From IMG/VR virus record IMGVR_UViG_3300035562_000069, positions 5,781 to 69,780 of that record: DNA of 64,000 nucleotides; one strand, 5' to 3'. The stretch comes from a virus. Under the pieces are notes generated by a model, which was not told the origin of the DNA, searched no databases, and was given only the letters and a program-made list of their open reading frames with translations. Position numbers and translations under genes: made by a program. How positions within the stretch are numbered: the first letter of the stretch is position 1; every line of letters begins with the position of its first letter. Shown piece after piece: positions 57,138 to 64,000 of this stretch.

Positions 57138-57413
57138 ATGACAAAGTTACTCACCCTAGAAGAATGGAGTGAAAAAACCTATGAGAGTAAACAGCCATCA
57201 ATAAAAACATTACGCCGCTGGGCTCGTAGTGGGAACATTTACCCAGCGCCGGAAAAGCATGGGCGAGAATACAGAGTGAAACCGAACGCGATTTATATAC
57301 AACCCAAGTCATTTAATCTTGCCAGGGCATTGCAAAAAACCGGAGCAATAGAAGTTCCACCGCTGATAGAGAGAATAATCAATGGCGAAAAGACCAGAAA
57401 AGTACGACGCTAA
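57138..57413 (+). CDS. xis: Excisionase
   Basis: LLTLEEW...TLRRWARSGNIYPAPEKHGREYRV; overlaps int start. Confidence 0.85.
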   Translation: MTKLLTLEEWSEKTYESKQPSIKTLRRWARSGNIYPAPEKHGREYRVKPNAIYIQPKSFNLARALQKTGAIEVPPLIERIINGEKTRKVRR

Positions 57414-58467
57414 CTTACCTAAGAATCTCACTTATCGTAAGAAGTATAAATCGTTCTACTGGCGCCACCCTATCACGCAGCGAGAGCTTCCCTTGGGGCA
57501 GATTGCAAGAAAGGATGCCATTGCACAAGCAATCGAAGCGAACAACTACCTTGAGCAAAACTATCTGCCCAATGCACTCATAGATCGCCTTAAAAGCCGT
57601 AAAGACGTTTTAACACTTAATGCGTGGCTAGATAGGTACGAGGTAATACTTAGCCGGAGAGAGTTAAAACCGAACACTATAAAAATTCGAACTAACCAGT
57701 TAAAAATGATTAGGTCACTAATGGGTAATTATTTTCTGCCAGAAATAGACACTCGTCAGATAGCTGAGTATTTGGAGTCCTTTAACGCGCAGGGGAAAAA
57801 TTCGATGTCAACAGCAATGCGTTCAATTTTGTCAGATATATTCAGGGAGGCAATTGTGGAAGGTAGAATAAAAACAAACCCAGTGGAAGCAACTAGAGCC
57901 CCTCGCATTAAAGTTAAACGTGAACGTCTAAATTATGATGAGTACACAAAAATATACTTTGCAGCAAGTGAGCACCCTCAATGGGTGGGATTTGCTATGG
58001 ATATGGCCCTTATCACCGGCCAAAGGCGAGAGGATGTTGTTCTCATGCGTTTTACTGACATCATCGACGATCGACTGCATGTCGAACAGGGTAAAACAGG
58101 TATGCGTATCGCCATCCCTTTAAGCCTACATCTTGAAGCGGCAAATCTTCGCTTGGGGGATGTAATAGAGCGCTGCCGAGCCTCGCATTCTTCAAACTAC
58201 ATCATCAACACTACGCGGCGTTCTAAGAAAGGTGATACATCGTTACACCCTGATGCTTTAACCAAAGCATTTGTGAAAGCCAGGAATGCCTCAACGCTGG
58301 ATCTTGGTGACAATCCACCAACATTTCACGAGATTCGCAGTCTCGCGTCACGGCTATACAGCATGGAAAAAGGGGAAGAGTTTGCACAGCGCCTACTGGG
58401 CCACAAATCAGCAATCATGACGAAGAAATATCTCGATCCCAGAGGCAAGGAATACGTACTTGTCTAA
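57382..58467 (+). CDS. int: Lambda-type tyrosine integrase
   Basis: Arm-binding N-terminus LPKNLTYRK; TGQRREDV, FHEIRSL, LLGHK...KYLD. Confidence 0.95.
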   Translation: MAKRPEKYDANLPKNLTYRKKYKSFYWRHPITQRELPLGQIARKDAIAQAIEANNYLEQNYLPNALIDRLKSRKDVLTLNAWLDRYEVILSRRELKPNTIKIRTNQLKMIRSLMGNYFLPEIDTRQIAEYLESFNAQGKNSMSTAMRSILSDIFREAIVEGRIKTNPVEATRAPRIKVKRERLNYDEYTKIYFAASEHPQWVGFAMDMALITGQRREDVVLMRFTDIIDDRLHVEQGKTGMRIAIPLSLHLEAANLRLGDVIERCRASHSSNYIINTTRRSKKGDTSLHPDALTKAFVKARNASTLDLGDNPPTFHEIRSLASRLYSMEKGEEFAQRLLGHKSAIMTKKYLDPRGKEYVLV

Positions 58468-58547
58468 AAAGACCGGATATAGGTTTTCGTGGAAATTTCG
58501 TGTATTTTCGTGGGTGGGTGAAATTTTTCTTTATAAATCAAACACAC

Positions 58548-58571
58548 AAAAAAAGACCGAATACGATTCCT
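58548..58571. other. att core (SdsR/RyeB-terminator-like) at the junction of the two prophages
   Basis: Minus strand reads AGGAATCGTATTCGGTCTTTTTTT; 80 nt after int; TTTCGTG direct repeats (arm-type) at ~58489-58512. Confidence 0.7.
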
Positions 58572-58792
58572 TTAATCGCGAAAGCGGTATTTTTACATTT
58601 AAAATCAAAGTGATATAGTGATTTTAGATTAAAAAACACCTTGTTTTACCTTCGTTAACTGATCTTTATCTTCATATAGTTATCAATTTCCTCGGATCGG
58701 TTCGGGAAATCTTCGAACGTATAATCTTTGCATTTTGCCAAATAATGGTGACCAGTCATTGTTATGTGCCGGGATTTCTCCCGACACTTGTT

Positions 58793-60127
58793 TCAGGTTT
58801 CTGGTTTAGTTTCTACTAACTCCATATCTTGGACTGGTGCTTCCTCTTCTGGCATCTCAACACGCAGATCTATCCATCGCCCCTCCGGTATATCTATCGG
58901 CATCCCTTCGTCATAACCCAGTACTTCATTGCGAGCGAATGCCGGCGCCGCCGGGTGTGTGCGGTGGTAGGTTTTGATCAGCAGGTCGCCGGTCGGTTCT
59001 ACCTCGTAATCTACCCAGATCAGCGGCTGCTTGTTGCGGTCGAGCGGTACCTCAATACCACCGTCAGGGCCGCCCCATTGAGCATCGGCGTTAAAACCAA
59101 GTGTGCCGGATATGCGATAAACGCCCTCTCCAACCCGCTCAGTTTCAACACCTAAGCTCTCAACGTTGAGTTCGCATGCACCATTGCCGAATAATTTCAC
59201 TATTGGTGATGCTGATTTCAAAAAACCATTCGCGTCCACAGTTACGTTATAACCAGAGTAAATTTTATCTTCTGCGACGAGTGTAAGCCCATCAGGCTTA
59301 GTTTTTTGCCATGTGTTATCTTTCAGCAATTCAATCCCTGACATTGCATTTGAACTACTGCTGGCCAGTATTGTTACCGATGGCATGCTATATGCTGGAC
59401 CTAACATCCACAGCTCCCATCGCGCTGTTTGGGCGTTATATATTGCACCAAACTTAACGTCTTGCCCCGCTGGCCCCAGGGATGCAACTTTAAGCCCTCT
59501 ACTATCGAGTGCTGTAGCCGTTGCGTTGCGTGCAGAAAACTGAACAAACTTTATATCCATGCCAGGAGTACCGTACGTTCTCCCCGCTGTAACCATAAAA
59601 TGCACACCGTTCACGCCTGTGCTTGTTATTGGCAACGTGGCCAACTTCAAATAACCTTGAAAGTTACCCGTCGCGCTTACTACAGCAGGAACTATGACAG
59701 CTCGGGAGTTTTCTTTTACAGCACCTGCTAATGTAGCCGCCGAGTTATCTTCGCTTTGTTTTGCCGCTGCGGCCGATATGGCTGCTTTATCTGCTGATAC
59801 TGCAGTTTCCGCCCTCATTGTATCGACAGTTTGAACAACCGCCGGGGTTAGTTCGTTTTCTCCAGGGGCAAGAAGAAAATCATTTAACGTGCCATCTTTC
59901 GAGTCTGAAAAAACCTGTATTTCTCCCACAGCTCCAAGCGTGGAAACCATGACCTCATAGCGCCCAGGGAAAACCTGCATCGAGTATTTACCATCGCTAT
60001 CAGTTGCAATGGCGGAGTTGTTAGCAACCAATACCTTTGAACTCGTCCCTTTAGCCTTCATAGTAATGATTACGCCTGATTGCGGATCACCATATGGACC
60101 GCGCAAAACATCGCTAATTAAAGCCAT
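58793..60127 (-). CDS. Prophage B tail-fibre protein (Stf-like N-terminal anchor, conserved C-terminal fibre domain)
   Basis: DGKYSMQVFPGRYEV; NVTVDANGFLKSASPIVKLF...EVPLDRNKQPLIWVDYEV. Confidence 0.8.
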   Translation of the reverse strand: MALISDVLRGPYGDPQSGVIITMKAKGTSSKVLVANNSAIATDSDGKYSMQVFPGRYEVMVSTLGAVGEIQVFSDSKDGTLNDFLLAPGENELTPAVVQTVDTMRAETAVSADKAAISAAAAKQSEDNSAATLAGAVKENSRAVIVPAVVSATGNFQGYLKLATLPITSTGVNGVHFMVTAGRTYGTPGMDIKFVQFSARNATATALDSRGLKVASLGPAGQDVKFGAIYNAQTARWELWMLGPAYSMPSVTILASSSSNAMSGIELLKDNTWQKTKPDGLTLVAEDKIYSGYNVTVDANGFLKSASPIVKLFGNGACELNVESLGVETERVGEGVYRISGTLGFNADAQWGGPDGGIEVPLDRNKQPLIWVDYEVEPTGDLLIKTYHRTHPAAPAFARNEVLGYDEGMPIDIPEGRWIDLRVEMPEEEAPVQDMELVETKPET

Positions 60128-60186
60128 CTTATTTCTCCATAAAAAACCGCCGAAGCGGAGTTGGTAATTGTGATGTTGATTATTAA

Positions 60187-61305
60187 TTAATGGGCTTTTG
60201 ACTCTTTTAATTTTCTAATTTCTTCATCCTGAATACTAACCTTCAATGATAATTCTTTAATCGCTTCAACGAGTAGCCCCGACACTTCACCATATGAAAT
60301 GGCTTTGGTATTTTTAAGTATTGAGCCTTTTTTTAAATCACCAACATCACTCTTAAGTTCATAATCCCCCATATCGGAAACGACTTCTGGTAAAATCCCC
60401 TCAACTTCTTGCGCTATGAGGCCTGTCGATGACACTCCATCTTTTATATATGTATAACCTGAGATTGAGTTTATTTTATCTAGTGCATCTTTAATAACAC
60501 TTTTGTTTAATTTCAATCGCCCATCAGAAGTGTTATTCCATACTGCAGCGTATGCGTTCCCATCGCTTTTAAATAAATACACATTCCCACTCTGAACTAT
60601 TCTATATGAGTGATATTGCTTATCAACAAAGTAATACCCGTGAATGACATCATAATTCCCATCCGCAGCAGAATACACACTATTATTTGATACAACGGTA
60701 CCTCCTGACTCTGATTGTCTATTATCAATTCGAAGTAGGCCTTTTAATTCCCCTCCCTTTACTGATAATGCATTCACTATGCGTGCATCGTTACCTGCTG
60801 CAACAGTTCCGGACGCTGTACCCACATCGCGTGTCGCAGAATTACCGAGTGATGTTTTATCGGCTTTTTTATCTAACTCGGTTTTATCGGCTTTTAAATT
60901 CAATGCAGTCGTAAAGCTATTCCATGCAGGACCAGTAAACGTGCTGCCGTCGGGTAGCTTCACTGTAATATTTCCGCTCCCGCTAAATAGCTGCTGCCAG
61001 TTCTCCTTGTCGTAGTTCATACCACGCATGGCTTTAGTTGCCTCTGACACCAACTGCGCGGTAACTGAGTTCTGCATCTCACGCGGCACGGCATACCACG
61101 CAGCCCCGGCTTGCGTTGGCCCATCATAGACTTTAATCAGCGTAACCTGAGTGGCGCTATCAACGGTTTTCACAGGCAGCGTATATGTTACGCCGCCAAC
61201 GACACTTACAATAAAATCACCGGCTTTAAGCTCTGTGTTAAATGCCGTACCGGTGCCCTTCACTATGGCGGAATTGTTGGTAAGTGTTAGAGTGCCTGCT
61301 GGCAT
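60187..61305 (-). CDS. Prophage B tail fibre with C-terminal intramolecular chaperone (peptidase S74)
   Basis: TSDGRLK...GLIAQEV...LVEAIKEL; N-terminus MPAGTLTLTNNSAIVKGTGTAF. Confidence 0.85.
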   Translation of the reverse strand: MPAGTLTLTNNSAIVKGTGTAFNTELKAGDFIVSVVGGVTYTLPVKTVDSATQVTLIKVYDGPTQAGAAWYAVPREMQNSVTAQLVSEATKAMRGMNYDKENWQQLFSGSGNITVKLPDGSTFTGPAWNSFTTALNLKADKTELDKKADKTSLGNSATRDVGTASGTVAAGNDARIVNALSVKGGELKGLLRIDNRQSESGGTVVSNNSVYSAADGNYDVIHGYYFVDKQYHSYRIVQSGNVYLFKSDGNAYAAVWNNTSDGRLKLNKSVIKDALDKINSISGYTYIKDGVSSTGLIAQEVEGILPEVVSDMGDYELKSDVGDLKKGSILKNTKAISYGEVSGLLVEAIKELSLKVSIQDEEIRKLKESKAH

Positions 61306-61354
61306 AATGTTCTCCTGAATTCTGGCAATAAAAAACCGGCTCAGTGCCGGTTAG

Positions 61355-62344
61355 TTAGAAATAGTGGTCTGCATTAATGACCATGAGTGGAATATTAGCG
61401 GCATAAAAGTCGGTGGAACTCCATTTCGTTTGCACCCGCGAACCACCTCGCCCGCGCCAATATCTAAATCCACCGCCATTGACAAAGCGGAAACCATTGG
61501 TGTGATAGTTATAATATCCACCATTCATCTCCCGGTTGCCCCGTTGATAGCCACATATTGGTATAGGAATCATTGGTCGTTCCAATCCAGTCCAGGTTAC
61601 ATTATCTGGAATTCTATCAACGACACCTTGCCGACCATCCCACACCAATGGGGTAACATCACTCGTAAATGTATTTTGGCCAAGTGCATTTTTAATCACT
61701 AATCCATAACCGTTAGGTGTTGGTGGATAATATCCACTATTCATGATTAAAACTCTAATCGTGGCGGTGGTTGCTACTGGCTCCCCCTCCCCGTTATCGC
61801 GGCTTACATATATACGATTTTGTTCTGGTCTGTGGCTTATGCAAACACCTTCATCATCACAACGAACAAATACTATTTTCGTGCTATCGTTTTGTACTAC
61901 AGGAACTTCCCACGAGTCATTAATTGACACATCACCTTTCCAGACGACAAATCCTAATTGTTGCTCGCTGTTGATACTCATCCAGTTAACTGAATCTTGA
62001 ATAACAATACCGTAAGTGCCTGTTATGCTCTCGGGTCTTTGTACTTGATACACACTGAAATTAGTAAATGGCTGACTAGAATTCTTTGAATTAAAGCCAA
62101 GAATTATTTCATTACCGTTTGTTCGCCAACCTGTTAATCCACCATAATTTGCTGGGTTAGTTTGGCTTCCAAATACCCATCCCGTTGTTCCAGCGCAAAA
62201 CACCGAATTACCTGGTATATAGTTTGACGGGGTTAGAATTAACTCACCATTACCATTTGAACGAGGCTCAACTAAATTTGTTAAAAGTGATGGGGAGTTT
62301 AACCCCCCTAGACTCCTGCCATTAACAACAATACCATAGGCCAT
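61355..62344 (-). CDS. Prophage B tail protein downstream of J
   Basis: Internal YGIVI/YGLVI repeats typical of post-J tail proteins. Confidence 0.65.
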   Translation of the reverse strand: MAYGIVVNGRSLGGLNSPSLLTNLVEPRSNGNGELILTPSNYIPGNSVFCAGTTGWVFGSQTNPANYGGLTGWRTNGNEIILGFNSKNSSQPFTNFSVYQVQRPESITGTYGIVIQDSVNWMSINSEQQLGFVVWKGDVSINDSWEVPVVQNDSTKIVFVRCDDEGVCISHRPEQNRIYVSRDNGEGEPVATTATIRVLIMNSGYYPPTPNGYGLVIKNALGQNTFTSDVTPLVWDGRQGVVDRIPDNVTWTGLERPMIPIPICGYQRGNREMNGGYYNYHTNGFRFVNGGGFRYWRGRGGSRVQTKWSSTDFYAANIPLMVINADHYF

Positions 62345-62345
62345 A

Positions 62346-64000
62346 TTAAAGCCTCCCCATCCTTACGCGCAGATTGCCGCCAGCGTCATAAACGTTAATC
62401 TGATCGCCGCGTATCTCCATGCGGCCATTACCATCACCGCCGTTAATCTGAATCTGCCCTGCGCCAGAACCGCTTTTATCCAGTCTCCAGCCGCTGGTAG
62501 CGCTGAAATTATCAGACTGGATAAATCCGCTAATTTTGGCATTCACAATAGCCCCGTCTTTAATATGAGCAGTATCAATAGACGCTTTTTGAATAAATGC
62601 ATCACTTAGAAATGCCTGCCCATTAATTACAGCAAAAGGAGAATATTGTGTGTCGCCGATACCACTCATCAACACGAACTGATTGGCGTTAAAACCAATT
62701 CGTGTGATTACTGGCTTTCCGGTCTCTGCAAGCACTGCGATCGACATACCGGCGCTGTAGAAGACGTCATTAATGCGAATGCCAGCTTTCAGAGTGTGAA
62801 TTGCTGTAGCACCATCAGCATCAATCGTGGCCGTCAGCTTATCCTCAAGTACCGCCGTCACATCGTCGATCTGCACCTGAACCTGTGTTCTCAGCTCCGC
62901 CAGCCCGCGATCCACTTCCGCGATGGTAGTTTTTACAATGAGGATATCCGCCCGCACCGTCCCGTATTGCGCCCACTGATGCTCTACCGTCGCATTGTTA
63001 GCCAGCGCATCCTGCAGGATGCCCTCAATGTTTGTATCGATGTCACCTGTAAGGCGGTCGCCATCTTTGTCCGTTAGAAAACCATCCCCGATACTCTCGA
63101 GATAGTCGCCGGCGTTCGCGTTAGACTGTCCCTTGATCCAACCGGTCCAGTCCCCGATATTCCCGGTCCTGTCCTGCAGGCGTGCACGGAACCAAAACTC
63201 TTGGCCAGCCTTCAATCCGGTCATTGTGTGCGTATGCAGCGGATAAGGAATATCGGCCAGCAGCATAGCGTTGTTGCCGGCGGCATTGTCCGCATAGTGA
63301 ATCTCGGTCTTTAGCGTATCCTCGGCGCCGGCAGGAAATCCCCAGTCTAACTGGATGCCCCACAGTAGCGGTGAAGCAACGAACCCAACCGGTACCGGTG
63401 GCTTGCCCTCCTTCCCTTTGAGATAGGTTTCCATCGACGTTGCCCAGATTGACGAAATATCACTGGCGTTGATGGCACGCACACGAACCAGGTAGCGGCC
63501 GGCATAAATGCCAGGCACTTCAAAACCCAAAGCGGACGTACGCGGCATAGGTACCCAGTTACCGCTATCTTTCCGCCATTCCGCCTCATAAGCTATCGCG
63601 CTATCCACTGCATCCCACTTGGCGCGCAGGGTCGTAACGGCGATCCCCTGACTTACAGACGAATAACTATCAATGGTGATGTTCTTCGGCGGCGGCTGTA
63701 CGCCGGGTGGAATAATCGATATCGGACGATCATCGATGCGCGCACCGGTATCAATCGCCGCATATTTCCCTGGCTCATGCCAAACAGCAGTAACGGTAAA
63801 TGTGTTGTCGTCATTGTCTGTAACGTTGGATACGCGGTATTGCTGAACGAACAGATCATTCGCGTCTACCGTCCACACCGCCTCCGGCTCTGGCGTTTCT
63901 GTATATGCCGTCGATACTGTCACAACCCGTTCATTCACCGCCTGCACCGTGCGGGCCTGAGATTTCCCTGAGGGCAGGTTTACCAGCAGGCGATCCCCGA
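62346..64000 (-). CDS. Central tail fibre/host-specificity protein J (5' end outside window)
   Basis: Frame open to window edge; FnIII repeats, DUF1983-like FNANQFVL region, C-terminal NLRVRMGRL. Confidence 0.9.
   Translation of the reverse strand, partial: GDRLLVNLPSGKSQARTVQAVNERVVTVSTAYTETPEPEAVWTVDANDLFVQQYRVSNVTDNDDNTFTVTAVWHEPGKYAAIDTGARIDDRPISIIPPGVQPPPKNITIDSYSSVSQGIAVTTLRAKWDAVDSAIAYEAEWRKDSGNWVPMPRTSALGFEVPGIYAGRYLVRVRAINASDISSIWATSMETYLKGKEGKPPVPVGFVASPLLWGIQLDWGFPAGAEDTLKTEIHYADNAAGNNAMLLADIPYPLHTHTMTGLKAGQEFWFRARLQDRTGNIGDWTGWIKGQSNANAGDYLESIGDGFLTDKDGDRLTGDIDTNIEGILQDALANNATVEHQWAQYGTVRADILIVKTTIAEVDRGLAELRTQVQVQIDDVTAVLEDKLTATIDADGATAIHTLKAGIRINDVFYSAGMSIAVLAETGKPVITRIGFNANQFVLMSGIGDTQYSPFAVINGQAFLSDAFIQKASIDTAHIKDGAIVNAKISGFIQSDNFSATSGWRLDKSGSGAGQIQINGGDGNGRMEIRGDQINVYDAGGNLRVRMGRL

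Larger units (their letters stand above)
1..58571. mobile_element. Prophage A: lambdoid early region plus 933W/Stx2-phage-like short-tailed virion module; left end lies outside the window
   Basis: Complete ordered gene set int-xis-recombination-cI/cro-O/P-nin-Q-lysis-terminase-portal-capsid-tail-ejection proteins; att core at 58548-58571. Confidence 0.93.
58548..64000 (-). mobile_element. Prophage B (partial): distal tail region of a lambda-like long-tailed phage
   Basis: J-like central fibre followed by three tail/fibre genes on the minus strand, ending next to the att core; cannot belong to the podovirus-type module of prophage A. Confidence 0.85.

Noticed and set aside
58793-61305. Tail-fibre variation system (DGR or invertible segment)
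   Set aside because: No reverse transcriptase, template repeat, invertase or flanking inverted repeats visible in this window

Overview
The window appears to be entirely prophage DNA: two enterobacterial prophages in tandem. Prophage A (<1 to ~58,570) is nearly complete. Read right to left, it has a tyrosine integrase and xis, a LexA-boxed umuDC plus SRAP cassette, bet/exo recombination genes, an N-like antiterminator, a cI/cro switch with five recognisable 14-bp operators, O/P-type replication with iterons, a nin-like region (RdgC-FtsK-gamma fusion, Dam-like methyltransferase), a Q-like Zn-finger antiterminator and a lysis cassette. Its short-tailed virion module is recalled as 933W/Stx2-phage-like (terminase, portal, N4-gp56-type capsid, ejection proteins, 2704-aa polyvalent protein), but there are no stx genes. 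An att core resembling the SdsR/RyeB terminator separates it from the tail-fibre end of a lambda-like prophage B (58,572 to >64,000). The most unusual signals are: (1) a late promoter plus terminator cassette repeated four times across the late region, each copy placed just after an AT-rich insert; (2) a CI repressor lacking both catalytic residues and its cleavage site, paired with a distant LexA-controlled 53-aa ORF (candidate antirepressor); (3) a 17-nt repeat overlapping the RBS and start codon of the N-like, cII-position, RdgC and Q-like genes; (4) an AT-rich two-gene nuclease operon and several other nuclease-like morons (candidate anti-phage systems); (5) a one-base frameshift that splits the o-spanin. 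All domain names come from motif recognition and memory, not from database searches.
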